64,000 bases of DNA from Octopus vulgaris. Taxonomy: Eukaryota. Location: NCBI GenBank assembly GCA_951406725.2, contig OX597822.1:97650001-97714000 (forward strand), read 5' to 3'. The position numbers were made by a program, and so were the translations under genes. This document shows positions 1 to 14,130 of the stretch, piece by piece. A model generated the notes under the pieces. That model ran no database searches and had not been told where the DNA came from. It saw only the letters and a list, made by a program, of their open reading frames with translations. The first letter of the stretch is position 1. Each line of letters begins with the position of its first letter.

Positions 1-377
1 GTTTCAATGTGTCCATGCCCAGGGAAATAAGGCGTTTGGTCAAAGAAAATCTACCACAAAAAATCTAGTCTGTCTATGCAAACATGTATTTGTAGACATT
101 AAAAAAAAATGATGATGATGATGAAGTTACCAACTAATGAGGGTATCACAAAGAAGTTACACAACCTGCCAAGTAATATTGTAATATTGTAACAGATTTC
201 AATATTACACACAGAAGTTACAAGCCAATCACAGAGGCCCTATGAAGATGCACAACCTGCTAAATAATATTGTAACATACATTTCTATGTTACACATAGA
301 AATTACTAACTAATGAAAGAGCCAATTGAAGTTATGCAAGCAGGTGGGTAATAGTGTAATACACATTCTCTTGAAAA

Positions 378-700
378 ACGCCGCTGCCGTGGTGATCTCA
401 TTCTCGCCCACAACATCATAAGCGGAAAGTGTAACCTCTCGAAAGAGCTCTATCTGCGACGATTTCATCTCAATCAAAGGAGAGGGGCTTTCTCCGTCCG
501 GGTTGCGGATCCATGGAATAAGCTGCCGGACGAGATAGTGAAGATGCCGACGACTGCTCGGTTCAAAGTCTCTCTTGACCAGAAATGGCCTGAACTCTTT
601 GCATGAACGCCCTCCCTGTACATAACTCCATGTCCCCCTACATGGCCTTGCTTTTTGCTTTTTGAGCCAAAAAATTAACTTAACTTAATTTAACTTAACA
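378..700 (+). mobile_element. CR1-like LINE 3' end
   Basis: Translates ...RRGAFSVRVADPWNKLPDEIVKMPTTARFKVSLD*, followed by a 3' UTR and a (TTAAC)n tail. Confidence 0.75.
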
Positions 701-1788
701 TTGTTATGTTACAAGCCAAAGTTGATTTTAACCCAGTTTCACAGAACAGAATGCACATGACCTAGCTGTTATGGTGTTGCACTCATGATAAGAAGGTTGT
801 GGTTTCAATTCCTGAACTGGGTCATGTGTGTGTTCTTTTAGCAAAACACTTTCTTTTATGCCGCTCTGTGATCACTTCAACATGTGACATTTGGCACACT
901 GTGCGCCAGTTCAGGCAATTTTGATTTGATGGAGAGAGTGACCAAATGCACAGCACAAACATTTGATCTCGACAAACAAAATATTTGTGCAGGTTGTTCG
1001 GCATGAAGAGGCAGAACCTTCATCTGTTACATATGACAGAAGAGTGTAGCACATAGAAAAGATGATTTGTAAGAGGCACCCAGTACACTCTGTGGAGTGG
1101 TTGGCATTAGGAAGGGCATCCAGCCATTGAAACTAAGCCAAACAAACTGGAGCCTGGTGCAGCTCTTTGGAAAAATCTAATGCTGAATAATGATGATGAT
1201 GATGACAATGATAATAGTGATGATGATGATAATGGTGATGATGATGATGATGGTGATGATGATAATGGTGATGATTATATTTCTTTCACTTTCTTTTGCA
1301 TATTTCTGTCATTTAACTGTGGCCATGCTGGAACACCAACTTAAAGGGTTTTAGTCAAAGGAATTGATCCCAGAACTTATTCTTTGTAAGCCTAGTACAT
1401 ATTCTATCAGTCTCTTTTGCCAAACCACTAGGTTGTGGGGACATAAACACACCATCATTGGTTGTTAAGCAATGGTGGGGATAGGGTGGGGGACAAACGA
1501 AGATATACACACATAAATACACATACATACACACACGCACACACTCACACACACACACACACACATATATGTATATATATGACAGGCTTCTTTCAATTTC
1601 CATCTACCAAATCCACTCATAAGACTTTGGTTGGCCCAAGGCTATAGAAAAAGACACTTGCCCAAAGTGTCATGCAATGGGACTGAACCCAGAACCATGT
1701 GGTTGAAAAGAAAGCTTCTCACCACCCAGCCACACCTGCACCCAAAGAAGATTATTTAATAAAAGAAAAGCTCACACAACAGACTTAC

Positions 1789-2102
1789 CTTTAAAGTTGC
1801 ATAATATTCTCGACCATCTTTTAGAACACTCTTATCACCAATCTCTGAAAATTCTTTAAACTGTTCATAGAAAGCCATTACGTTATCTTGAAGTGGAAGA
1901 GTGCCAATACCCAGCATTTTGGAAATGATTCCACTTTCTTGGTCTGTGAAACCATTCCAGTAAATGGTTAGTTCATTGGTATCAATATAATGAAAGTGAC
2001 CAGTGGCACTGCCGATATTTAAAGTTCCATTTTGTGGTGGACTTACATCGATGATGACAGCTTCAGATGTTGCATCTACACTGAGACCAGACAAGTCATA
2101 GG
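1789..2102 (-). CDS. Constant exon 12 (AYDLSGLS...YYATLK); gene continues beyond the window start
   Basis: Acceptor tacttgcAG, donor AAG|GTAAGT; 314 nt; phase 1-0; motifs IDVSPP and WNGFTDQESGI; no stop codon reached. Confidence 0.9.
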
Positions 2103-2155
2103 CTGCAAGTATTTTAAGAAGGAAAACATAAACATGCTTTTTCTTGTAACATAAA

Positions 2156-2558
2156 CTAGCAGTATCGCCCGGCGTTGCTCGGGTTTGTAAAGGAAATAAC
2201 TATATAAGCATTTTTAGAAAGGTATAGCCAAAAAATAGCAAAAAAAATGCATTAAAAATGGAAAAAAAATGATGGTAAATTTTTTTTTAAATCGTTGACT
2301 CATCGTAGACATTTTTAGAGAGTTACTTCCCTTATATAATAGCGAAAAAAAAAATGCATTAAAATGGAAAAAAATGATGGTAGATTATTTTTTAAATCGT
2401 TGACTCATCGTAGACACGCGCTAATACCCAGAATAGCTCGATATGAATCACGACTATAAGATACCCGCTTTTGGTTACACTGCACTGCAAAATGTGGGAG
2501 TAGTTAGGAATCTAAATCGTAGGAGACAGACACACAACTTGACTTTTATATATAAAGA
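2156..2558 (-). mobile_element. Non-autonomous Helitron
   Basis: On the minus strand: 5' A|TC start, 3' hairpin CCCGAGCAACGCCGGG, then CTAG|T; internal ~116-bp duplication. Confidence 0.8.
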
Positions 2559-2935
2559 TGTAAACAAATTAATTGAGAGAGGAAAAGAGAAAGACAGACA
2601 ATTATGTACATGTATATATGTGTCCCCACAACCTCCTCTATTCTATATACCCAGGTTTCATCTTCAACTGCATTTCCCACCACCACACTCTTTGCTTCCT
2701 TGTGAAGTCCCTACTCCATACTCAAACAGACTTCACAATTAACAATGTCACATAGAAAGCACTCAGTCCACTCGGTGGGGTGGTTGGTGTTAGGAAGGGC
2801 ATCCAACCATAAAAACCATGCCAGAACAGAGACTGAGGTCTGGTGCAATCTTCTGCCAAGCCAGTTCCTGCCCAACCATTGCTAACATAGAAAACAGATG
2901 TTAAATGATGTTGATGATGATGTATATATATATAT

Positions 2936-3324
2936 AGTGGCTGTGTGGTAAGTAGCTTGCTTACCAACCACATGGTTCCGGGTTCAGTCCCACTGCGTGG
3001 CACCTTGGGCAAGTGTCTTCTACTATAGCCTCGGGCCGACCAAAGCCTTGTGAGTGGATTTGGTAGATGGAAACTGAAAGAAGCCTGTCGTAAATATATA
3101 TATATGTGTGTGTGTTTGTGTGTCTATGTTTGTCCCTCTAGCATTGCTTGACAACCGATGCTGGTGCGTTTATGTCCCCGTGACTTAGCAGTTCGGCAAA
3201 AGAGACCGATAGAATAAGTACTGGGCTTACAAAAGAATAAGTCCCGGGGTCGAGTTGCTCGATTAAAGGCGGTGCTCCAGCATGGCCGCAGTCAAATGAC
3301 TGAAACAAGTAAAAGAGTAAAAGA

Positions 3325-3325
<1 letters not shown>
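2936..3325 (+). mobile_element. tRNA-derived SINE family A; other copies ~1300-1741(-), 6911-7340(+), 14300-14990(+), 29960-30352(-), 33121-33560(-), 36920-37055(-), 47095-47525(-), 62985-63330(-)
   Basis: A/B-box head TGGCTGTGTGGTAAG...GGTTCAGTCCC, internal (TA/TG)n, shared tail ...AAATGACTGAAACAAGTAAAAGAG. Confidence 0.85.
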
Positions 3326-3415
<90 letters not shown>

Positions 3416-3589
3416 GGAGTAAACACATAAATGTGAAACAAGGTGGAAAAAGAGTACTCAAATACCAGAGGTAGAGTAATATGCATTATTTAAAAGCAGC
3501 AGAAATTTAACAAAAGCTGTTACTTGGAGTTTATATTACAAAGCATTGCATCAAAGACCCTTTAATCTGTGAATTGTTCGTAGATTCAT

Positions 3590-4220
3590 CATCATCAGCA
3601 TCATTTAACATTTGTTGTCCATGCTGGTGCGAGTTGGCGAGCTGGGGAGCTGCACCAGACTCCGGTCTGATTTGGCATGCTTTCTATGGCTGGATGCCCT
3701 TCCTAATGCCAACCACTTAATAGAGTATGCTGGGTGCTTTTACATGGCACCACATGGGCGCCTTTACATGACACTGCATGGGCACTTTTACATGGCACCA
3801 CACGGGTGCTTTTACATGTTGCCACACTGGTGCTTTTACATGATGCTGCCACAAGTGCTTTACACCACCAAAAGGATTGATCTTAAAACTTCTGCTGTGA
3901 AGTATGGGTCTTCTTGAGTATGGCAAGGTGCCAGATATCTTGGTCCTTTGTCATCTCACCTGAAAGGGTCAATTTCCTGAGGTCGTTCTTCAGTACTTCA
4001 TCCCATGTCTTCCTGGGTCTTCCACTTCCATGTGTTCCATCCACTTTGAGAGATGGAACTCTTGGCATCCATCCACATCACATGACCAAACCAGTGCAGT
4101 CTTCTTTCTTGCACTCAGTGACCAATTCCATTTATGCCTAACTTCTCTCTCAGAATACTGACACTCTGTCAAACATGTACACTTATATTACACATCCAGT
4201 GGAGCATATTAGCCTTACGT
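3590..4220 (-). mobile_element. RTE-clade LINE 3' fragment
   Basis: GRPRKTWDEV...DLR..L motif, 3' UTR with 21-bp repeats, (GAT)n tail. Confidence 0.8.
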
Positions 4221-4868
4221 TACACATTCAGCAGAGCATACTAGAATTCAACATTTAAAAATACTAGCCACCTATTCTTTAACACTGTTCAAAAAAAAAT
4301 ATTCCCAAACTTTCTGATTTTATGAAGTTGTGAAATACTTTAGATATTAATTCATTTAAAATGTTAGAGTACCACAAATGCCTGACTCATAAGGGCTGGT
4401 TTCCCGGTTTCTTGGTGTATAGGTTCCCCACAGGTGAGCTGCAAGATGCAGGAGGAAAGAGTGAGAGAAAGTTGTGGCGAAAGAGTCAGCAGAAGTTTCG
4501 CCATTACCTTCTGCCAGAGCTGCATGGAGCTTAGGTGTTTCGCTCATAAACACACACATCGTCCGGTCTGAGATTCGAACCCGCGATCCCTCGACCGCGA
4601 GTCCGCTGCTCTAACCACTAGGCCATGTGCCTCCACAGTACCACAAATGAAGGAGAACTAAATGTCTTGCAAGACTGCATTCAATCTCTATATATTTCGA
4701 ATTAAAATCCAGTTAGGATTTTCATTGTCTTTTGCCCAGATCCACATAAGCCAGTAAAATAAGTACCAGTAATACTATAATGTGGTTGATTCAAATAATA
4801 ACTGCTTCCTTACAAACTGGTGGCTTAGTGTCAAGTAAAGAATAAATAAATAAAAATATAGTAAATAC

Positions 4869-4985
4869 CTGTAACAGTTACAAAGATCTGTTGACCATTT
4901 GGAAGAGATAATTTTTCACATACTGCTTGACTGGTTACACCAACATCAACAGGAGCAACAATATCATGAGTTCCTGGATAACTGC
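4869..4985 (-). CDS. Constant exon 11 (GSYPGTHDIVAPVDVG...IFVTVT)
   Basis: Acceptor tatattttAG, donor G|GTATTT; 117 nt; phase 1-1; completes the repeat begun in exon 10. Not in the ORF track. Confidence 0.88.
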
Positions 4986-6065
4986 CTAAAATATACAGGC
5001 AAGAGACAAAGATTGTTTATAGGTAAGCATCTCATGCTAGGATATCAAAGAAGGAGCTTGATAACAGGCAATACTCTATTTTATAAAGGGAGGCATTTAT
5101 GAAAAGTTTGATTCACAGCTGTTGAGGGATGAAATAGATGACCCAATGGTATGCTCTCAAATTAATATAACAGAATGGCCTGTCAATGACAATGCATTTC
5201 TTTGAACATTTTATTTTCTTGCTTCTATTTGAAAAGGGGAACTTTTTCCCAAAATATTATGAAGTCATTCAACAACTTATGAAATTTAATACAATATTTT
5301 CCTCTTTGTTTTTAACTATTGACACCACCTTAAATATTTTGCCTAATTTCTCACATTGCTCAAATGTTTTTCTAAATATTTATATCATTTATACATAAGA
5401 CCAAACTTCAAGCAAATTACGACACAACATTGTATTACTATTTTATTTGATCAGAAAGCTGATAATGTAACCATTGAAAAATCCAGCCTGGGTAACGCCA
5501 GCTTAATAATGATAGTGTTACAAAATTCTTGGTTATTTTCAAAATTAATTGAAACAAATGCAGCGTGTCTCAGCAGAAATTTGGTAACCAAAAGGTTAAC
5601 ACCTTCGCTGGCTAGTGCATTACATATAATACAATTGACATATTTCCCAGCAACCGTGCATCATATATGATACCTATTCCAAATATTTTTCAACCACCAG
5701 AGTAACTTGGGAGTTATGAAAGGAAAGTTTTATATATCTCAGAACATATGAAACATGGGTTAACTAGAAGTTTCAAAGCAAGCTTAGACATTTAAGAAAA
5801 GCTCACGAAAATGCTTTGGACTTGCAAAGGGTTAAAAGAAAAAATATATACTGCTGGCTTACATACAGTTTCAGTCTACCAATTCCATTCACAAGGCACT
5901 GGGTGGTTTAATGATATGATAAAATACACTAGCTGGAGGTGCCACACAATGGGACTGAACTTAAAGCAGCAAGGCTGTGAGGTTAACTGCTTAACCACAC
6001 AGCCATACATGCCAGCACTTATCGTTTATATAACAATCAAAGCAGTTAAGCAAAAGTGAACTTAC

Positions 6066-6753
6066 CTATAGAATATGAATAAGAAGCAATTCGAGGATAA
6101 AACGGATTTATAAATACAGTGTTTTTATCAGTGAAGCCATCCCAGTGGATAACAATGGTATCAAGAGTACTAAGAAAACCATTGTAAGAGTTCTCAATCA
6201 TGACATGTCCTTTTAATGGTGGGTCAGCATCAACTAAGAACCCATCTCCACAAGAACCATATGGCTGGAAAATGCCTGAAGGCAAGCTCTTCACTCCTTT
6301 AACACATATGTAATATATCTTATTTGATGGTATGTCTTTGATATCAAATATTATTGTTTTACTGTTTGATTTCAAAGTTTTCAAACAGTTTATTGTACTG
6401 GAACATTGATCTACGGGTGGTTCTGCCACAAACATCAAAAACCAGTCTGAGACAGTGACAGTAGACTCTGTTAGAATGGCACCAACTTGGCCATTCGTAT
6501 GTGAGATGAAGTCAGTTTCATTATGGCTGCAGAAACGATCAATCACTTTTGGATCAGTCACAGAGTAAAGATTTACAGAAGCAGCAAGGTCAGTCCTGAA
6601 TTCACAGATCTCGACGTTGGTATCACTAGTTTTTGAATCTTGATTGTCAATCAAGAGTGGAACTTTCGTTTCTCTGGTCAGACCTGACAGACAATAAGTT
6701 GTCAAGCTTATAGTTTCAGTCCCTCGGAGAGTATGATTGAACATAATCTGGTC
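6066..6753 (-). CDS. Constant exon 10 (DQIMFNH...YSYSI)
   Basis: Acceptor ctttcAG, donor G|GTAAGT; 688 nt; phase 0-1; motifs VDADPP and WDGFTD. Confidence 0.92.
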
Positions 6754-7090
6754 CTGAAAGAAAGAGAAGATCTAGCAATAGTAAGGATGATAATGATAAT
6801 GATGATGATGGTGATAATGATGAATAAGTGTGATGATGATGATAATAATGACAATAACGATGATTTAAATATATTCTACTGATATACATTGAATTCATTT
6901 TGCTGTCTAAGGCGCAGGAGTGGCTAAGGCACAGGAGTGGCTATGTGGTAAGTAGCTTGCTAACCAACCACATGGTTCCGGGTTCAGTCCCACTGCATGG
7001 CATCTTGGGCAAGTGTCTTCTGCTATAGCCCCGGGCCGACCAATGCCTTGTGAGTGGATTTGGTAGACGGAAACTGAAAGAAGCCTGTCG

Positions 7091-7121
<31 letters not shown>

Positions 7122-7660
7122 GTGTGTGTGTTTGTCTGTCTGTGTTTGTCCCCTTAGCATTGCTTGACAACCGATGCTGGTGTGTTTACGTTCCCGTCAC
7201 TTAGCGGTTCGGCAAAAGAGACCGATAGAGTAAGTACTGGGCTTACAAAGAATAAGTCCCGGGGTCGATTTGCTCGACTAAAGGCAGTGCTCCAGCATGG
7301 CCGCAGTCAAATGACTGAAACAAGTAAGAGAGTAAAAGAGTATATACATAAGAATGTAAGTAATGCAAATTTATGCTGTTGTGAGGTCCTTGTCTTGTGA
7401 GCTCATGGATGCTGGTGCAATGTAAAAAGCACCTGTGCTGGTGCCACATATAAAGCACCTGTGTTGGTGTCACTTATAAAGTATCCATGGTGGTGCTACG
7501 TATAAAGCACCCAGCATACTTTTAAAGTGATTGGCATTAGGAAGGGCATCCAGCCATAGAAACTATGCCAAAACAGACAACTGGAGCCCAGTGGAGCCCT
7601 CCTGCTTGTCAGCTCATGTCAAACTGTTGAATCTATAGTAGCATAGAAAATAGTCGTTAA

Positions 7661-7710
<50 letters not shown>

Positions 7711-7711
<1 letters not shown>

Positions 7712-8056
7712 GTGTGAGACGACTGCTGTTATCGCTAGGCCTAACCCATCGTAAAGTCAATACCACCATGACCGATATCCAATCTACAGTGGAGAAGGCT
7801 AGCCACTGGATTTGGTTAAAAAGAGACGATGAGCGATGGCTAGAAGGATATTGAGCTTAATTTAATAACCAGCTGATCTAGCAAGTGGGGCCTCATATCA
7901 GTGAGGGGGGGAGGCCGGTGCGCATTGATGCCATTGAGAGGTAGGCCCCCGAAACGGCACACATTCTCTCCTGATGACCCCATACACTTGCTGGCTTCCG
8001 GTATATGGAATTATTGACTGGTAGCACTTGCATGTGCAAGTTGTTTGCAAGACATT
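7711..8056 (+). mobile_element. HERO-like (RLE) non-LTR element 3' end
   Basis: VEKASHWIWLKRDDERW C-terminus; homologous to 55250-55590. Confidence 0.7.
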
Positions 8057-8086
8057 TTATATATATATATATATATATATGAGATA

Positions 8087-8318
8087 AGGTGGCAAGCTGG
8101 CAGAAACGTTACCACGCCGGGCGAAATGCGTTGTGGTATTTCGTCTGCCGCTACGTTCTGAGTTCAAATTCCCCCGAGGTCAACTTTGCCTTTCATCCTT
8201 TCGGGGTCGATTAAATAAGTACCAGTTATGCACTGGGGTCGATATAATCGACTTAATCCATTTGTCTGTCCTTGTTTGTCCTCTCTGTGTTTAGCCCCTT
8301 GTGGGCAGTAAAGAAATA
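8087..8318 (+). mobile_element. SINE family C; other copies 23385-23611(-), ~54545-54740(+), with degenerate ones near 30740 and 39120-39470
   Basis: Repeated GCTGGCAGAAACGTTA...GAGTTCAAATTCC...GCCTTTCATCCTTTCGGGGTCGA. Confidence 0.8.
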
Positions 8319-8321
8319 TAT

Positions 8322-9637
8322 ATGAGAGGGTACCCAATAGAAACTGGAATTTTGCAATGTTATGCTATTCACTTAGTTTTACATGTTTACACTTTTATCA
8401 CTTTCAAAGTATTCTCCATTTGAAGCAATGAATCAATCCAGACACGATTTTCCACTGTTCAAAGTAGTACTGGAATTCTTGCAGAGTAATGCTTTTTAAT
8501 GCCTCCCTCATTTTTTTCTTCACCTCTTCCACATCTACAAATTCCGTAGCATCCGCTTTCATCACCAGTGATGACCTTCGAAAAACTGGTCTAGATCAAC
8601 TTCCTACTGTCCTTTCCGTTCATGTCATGTATTCAGTCATAACTACTTTTGATCTTCCATGAGCAAGCGAGGCATAAATTTTGCAACAACCCTGTAAGAG
8701 TTAGCACTTCCTTCTCCAAGGCTTGGAGAATTAAGTAGTAACTTTGTTGCAGTATGTCTATCTTTCTAGCTGTTTCACATATTATAAATACAAGGGAAAA
8801 CAGAGAAAGAAACACAATTGGAGCTGACACACCAGCCGACAGATTTATCTTGTTCCGCGTTTTGAAGATGACAGATAAAATACCTACAGGCTACTGTTTC
8901 AAATGATTCACGCACGCACCCACACACACAAACATATTCATCTTTATTATGTGCTCTATACAAGCAATGCGTAGCATTTGCTTACAGTTTTATGTAGTGT
9001 ATTTATAATCCATGTAAATAAACCCCTTTTTAATCATGAATCAGTTTATGTATTTATTTACGCACACACACATCCACTACAACCCTTTACATTTGTAATT
9101 CCTCACTCAAAATTCGTTGGCAAGAGCTCCAGGACACACCAATTATATCAACAAGTTTTATCAATTGTTTGGAGATGGTCCTCCAAGATCAGTTCATGAA
9201 TTTTCATGATGTGTTTCATTTTCTCAGAAGGTCGACGGTTGCTCTGAATGAGGTCGGTCTTCAAACAACAAGTGACTATTTCTAAAGCATGAAAACCACT
9301 CATAAACTTGTGCTTTGCTCATGGCAGCATCCTTGTAAGCTGTTTGAAGCAAGAGAACTGTTTTGGGTGCTGTTTTCCCCAGCAGAAAACAGAGGCAGAA
9401 AATTTCAGGGAAGCACACTGTTTCTTCAATTTTAGCCATCTCAAAAATCAATGAACAAGAGAGAAGCACTGCAAAACATAGATGCACCATGTGGAAGTGC
9501 GACTTCACTGGACACCACCAGTCAGCAGACTGATGACTGAGAGTTGCATCAACAAGTGGTTTCTAGTGGCAGAAGCGCAGACTACAATGGGCTTGTCCCA
9601 CACAGAATGTTTCTGGTTACTTCCGGGTACCCCCTTG
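8322..9637 (-). mobile_element. Degenerate mariner transposon
   Basis: Imperfect TIRs (GAGAGGGTACCCAATAGAAACTGGAA / TTCTGGTTACTTCCGGGTACCCCCTT); HTH remnant LGKTA...AYKDAAMSKAQVYEWF...EDRPHS. Confidence 0.75.
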
Positions 9638-9643
9638 TGTGTG

Positions 9644-9679
<36 letters not shown>

Positions 9680-9682
<3 letters not shown>

Positions 9683-9920
9683 CATCATCATCATCATCAT
9701 CGTTTAGCGTCCGCTTTCTATGCTAGCATGGGTTGGACGGTTCAACTGAGGTCTGGGAAGCCAGAAAGCTGCACCAGTCCCAGTCTGATCTGGCAGTGTT
9801 TCTATGGCTGGATGCCCTTCGTAACGCCAACCACTCCATGAGTGTAGTGGGTGCTTTTCACGTGCCACCGGCACAGGTGCCAGACGAGGCTGGCAAACGG
9901 CCACAATCGGATGGTGCTTA
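9680..9920 (-). mobile_element. RTE 3'-UTR remnant; similar copies at ~1075-1200, 2750-2920, 7420-7710, 37300-37620, 46390-46730, 52315-52525, 53800-54100, 63390-63830
   Basis: Shared core GGTTGGCGTTAGGAAGGGCATCCAGC...GGAAAGCGGACGTTAAACGATGATG, matching the tails of the two long RTEs. Confidence 0.8.
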
Positions 9921-10274
9921 TATATATATATATTGGTAAAAATGGTAAGATAACAAAAGAAAGAAAGAGACCTCAATATTATGTAAATAGAGGAAATTTA
10001 TCTGTAAAATAATATGTGACAATTATTCAATAGCCAAGATAAAACTCTGAGTTTCAGATGCTGAAGTGGAAATCCACACCACCATCTCTTCGGTTATCTG
10101 GAAAAGTGGATATAAAAGTGATGATGATGATGATGATGATGAGGAGGAGGAGGAGGAGGAGGATAATATATGGGAAACTAAAAGATAAGGTTCTAGGGAA
10201 ATTTCAAAGAAAATTTTTATCAGATTTTATGTGGTTTTAGCAAATACATCACCATTTTATAGTTTAGTACATAC

Positions 10275-11665
10275 CTGAAATACTTTTTGGTTTTTAGGGT
10301 TCATAATATAGTGAGCAGGATGGAACAAAGATTGGTTTTGGTAAAAGGCATTCAGTTGAAATACGATAGGATCTGTCACATGACTGCCAGATATGCAATT
10401 AAACCCTTCCCACTGAACTTTGATTTGTGACCCATTTTGAGAAGTTAACAAATGAGCTTGGATCTTGCCTTCAATAGGAATTTTATCAAGGATTAAAGCC
10501 CCAGCAGACAAAACTGGTTTTGTGCAGCCAGCTTCTCCTGCACAAGCCTGTATTGAAAAGCTATATTTATGACCACTTATTAAATTTAAGTTCTTCTGAT
10601 TGGCATGAAACACTTTCTCCAAATGACGAGGATTCATCACAGAACATATTTTCCCACCATTGTTCAGACAAGTTCTGTCTACCAACCTTAGCTGAAAGTG
10701 GGTCACATATTGTGAATAAGGTCCCTTTATTTCCCAGTTAGCTGACATCTGGTGTTTTGATGTTTGGAAATTGACACTGACTGGACATGTTCTCAATATC
10801 GGTTGAGGAATCTTGCTTCTGTTAGTTAGTCCCAATTTGAATGATACTTGAATGGTGGGTCTTGGATTCAATGCAATAAAAGACCGATAGACAGTGTTAT
10901 CGAAAGAAACTGATTGGTGTGGCATTGTTTTGACCATATTGCCACTCACATTGAAATGTCCATCAGCTGCTTCAAAGCCTATCATGTACAAATGTCCAAC
11001 AACAACGTCCTGTAAAAACTTGACCTCAAATATTTTTGTTTTGTTATTGTTGTGGAATGATATTTTAATGGAGTCATTGTGTGAACATCCATTCTGGCCA
11101 TTGAAGATGTTAACCTGTTTCTCAATTTTCTGTTGATCAATGATAATAAATCCATCAGATGCGATAAGCAAGCTCCGTGAATGCATTGTCATATTAACGA
11201 CCGTGAAATATTTGTGGAAACTTTTAATATTAGGACTGGATATGCAATGGCGTCTCTTGTTGGTCACAGGTTGAAATGGTACCACATCTGCAGTGAACCG
11301 ATTTGAACCTATTCCAACAAGCAATTTCATGCTGGGATGAAAATCTTCCAGACTTATGCAAGCTTTGTTGAGGGTACTATGCATATGAATTTGCTTGTCT
11401 GATTCAGAGGCTGGATTTAAGTCAATAACTCTGCCATGGTTAAATGGATGTTTCATTGGGAGATGGAAAGGAGGAGAAGCTGCTGTTGTGAAGAGACCAG
11501 CCATGTTAAATATGTTAAGTTCAAAGAAATATGAGAGAGAAGTGTCTGGCTCTGCAATACCCATCTTATCAATGTTCAGCTTTATGCAATGAAGTCCTCC
11601 AGGACAGATACTATGTCCCTGTGCAGTCCACTTGGGTGTCACAGCTTCTTTAGTTAAACTGTTCT
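10275..11665 (-). CDS. Constant exon 9 (KNSLTKEAVTPKW...QKVFQ)
   Basis: Acceptor ttttcacAG, donor CAG|GTATGT; 1391 nt; phase 1-0; 461-aa ORF. Confidence 0.92.
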
Positions 11666-13246
11666 CTGTGAAAATTTAAAAAAATATTAAAAATATTGAT
11701 TTATTAATATTATCATTGTTAGTTGTTTTTATTATTTCTATTATTTATATAATAAGCATAGGCAAGGCTATATGGTTAAGAAATTTGCTTTGCAAACAAC
11801 TGATTTTAGGTTCCCTTGGTGATCCATGTGCCTATCCAAAGGGTCAATAAACACCTGAAACAATTTTAAGCATTAATGGTGCTGAATTGTAAGTGAACCA
11901 AACCAGGAAAAAACACAGTAATTTAAGGTTAAAACTTACCAATTTGCAGTCAAATATCAATGCAATAATATGTATTAACCGAATAGATATTTCATATTAT
12001 ATATTCCAACTGTGCTAATATAATACAATATGACTCAATTTTTATTGTTCTTTATCAGTTTCATTAAATATTTTCATTTAATTTCTTTAAATATTTCTTA
12101 TTAAAAGCCATAATAACTCAAGAAGTACTTATAGCATTTAAATCAAGAATTTTTTTACTTCATTATATATCGTAATCTTAATTTGGAAATTTACATGATG
12201 GTGATCGACAAGTTACCAACAATTCCTTGAAAGGATCAACAATACAAGAAGTATGCTGACCCCGGTTTTAGACTGTGCCATTAACACTGAGAGGAAGATT
12301 CTGGTGCCACTTCATACATCCTATCCACACTTGTGCCCTGAAGTGGTCACTTCATCACCACTTTGAAAAGTTGTCAAAACAGGGTTGAGATATGGTCACC
12401 CCTCCTGTATTGGGCTGCAGTTCTTGGTCCAAAATTCTTTTGTCTTTTAAGACAGTTAGTTGCTAGGCAAAGAAAATATGTACCAGTTTGTGTGTGGTGT
12501 GGTTTGAGACTGGTACATGTACAGTGAAGGCCCAGCTTTTATACACTATGTTTTAGAATTAGATTATTAGTTACTGCACCTCCTTATCTTAATTCTAGGG
12601 AATCACTAAATAAACCAGATGTAAACATTTTACTCTCAACGACCTTGACCAAGCAGTTATAAACAGACATTGATAATAGGTGGGGAGGGAAATATGAAAC
12701 AAGACGAAAGCATGTGTGGAATTGGCCCTGTACCTACCAAAAATCAGACTCATTCTCCACTGTATGACCTGTATGGAATTTTTAATTAATTTAAATTTCA
12801 AATTTCTCTCCCTTGTTATTCTTGACAAAAATTGTCATGAAAGCCCATGAATTTTCTTTGTATTGGATTGTACGTATCCAATAACATATTAGATGTAATT
12901 TCAATTGATTGAAATTTTGTGTGTGGGAGGGCCACTACATTCAATATGTTAGTTTGTTGTTAACTGAAGGAACAGATAATGATAGAAGATTGTATGAGGA
13001 AAGTGTAGTTCATGAATTTGTTTTTATGAGTGTCGCATTAGCTTCAACTGTTGGACTCCAACATTTCTATGGTCCAGAAGCATGGGAACCCTCAAGGACA
13101 ATAATTCTCATCCCCACTGTCTTTTAACATATATGTCCCATGCTGACATGGATTGGACACTTTGACAGATCCAAGAACTGCATCATGCTCCATTGTCTAC
13201 TTCAGAATAGCTTATAGAGCTTTGTGCCCTTCCTAATGTCAACTGT

Positions 13247-13629
13247 GGAGGTGCAATGGCCCAGTGGTTAGGGCAGCGGACTCGCGGTCATAGGATCGCG
13301 GTTTCGATTCCCAGACCGGGCGTTGTGAGTGTTTATTGAGCGAAAACACCTAAAGCTCCATGAGGCTCCGGCAGGGGATGGTGGCGATCCCTGCTGTACT
13401 CTTTCACCACAACTTTCTCTCACTCTTACTTCCTGTTTCTGTTGTACCTGTATTTCAAAGGGCCGGCCTTGTCACTCTCTGTGTCACGCTGAATATCCCC
13501 GAGAACTACGTTAAGGGTACACGTGTCTGTGGAGTGCTCAGCCACTTACACGTTAATTTCATGAGCAGGCTGTTCCATTGATTCGGATCAACCGGAACCC
13601 TCATCGTCGTAACTGACGGAGTGCTTCCA
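13247..13629 (+). mobile_element. tRNA-derived SINE family B; other copies 4381-4636(-), 18916-19225(+), 27955-28328(+), ~40000-40296(-), 50289-50585(+)
   Basis: A box TGGCCCAGTGG, B box GGTTTCGATTCC. TSDs: TAATGTCAAC (13234/13630), ATACAAAAGGG (27942/28329), AGTACCACAAATG (flanking the 4.4-4.6 kb copy). Confidence 0.9.
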
Positions 13630-13824
13630 TAATGTCAACCACTTTACAGCATGTTTTGAGTGCTGTTTTGTGCCACCCCAAAATATTGATGAAATATTTT
13701 TGACCCCCCACTCCACCTGTCATCTCATTTTATTATAAATGGACCTTACATTCATATAATTTTTCTTTCTTCATTATGGCACTGGACGAATTTTAAAATT
13801 CACAATTCCTTTAAAGTAAAGACC

Positions 13825-14130
13825 CGCTTTGATCATAAATGACCATGGGATTGCACCTAGAAAGTTCCCCTTCAAAATACAAGTCTGGGCAAGGTTGTTT
13901 ATGAAAGACCAGCCTCCCCTCTCCATGCTACCAACACTCTCCAAGAGAAAAGCAAAGGCTGATACAGCTTGACACCCTTGACATCGAAAATCATTTCTAC
14001 AGCTAAGTGAACTGGAAGGATGTGAAATAAAGTGTCTTGCTCAAGAACACAACAAACAGCTGGGTCAGGAAATTGAACTCACTACCTCATGATTGTGAGC
14101 ATGACATTCTAACCAATGAGCCATGTACCT
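13825..14130 (-). mobile_element. SINE-like repeat family D (second copy ~54160-54470)
   Basis: Two colinear diverged copies with a tRNA-like head on the minus strand. Confidence 0.6.

Noticed and set aside
13247-13325. tRNA gene
   Set aside because: SINE head: multiple copies with a shared body and TSDs, and no complete acceptor stem or terminator.
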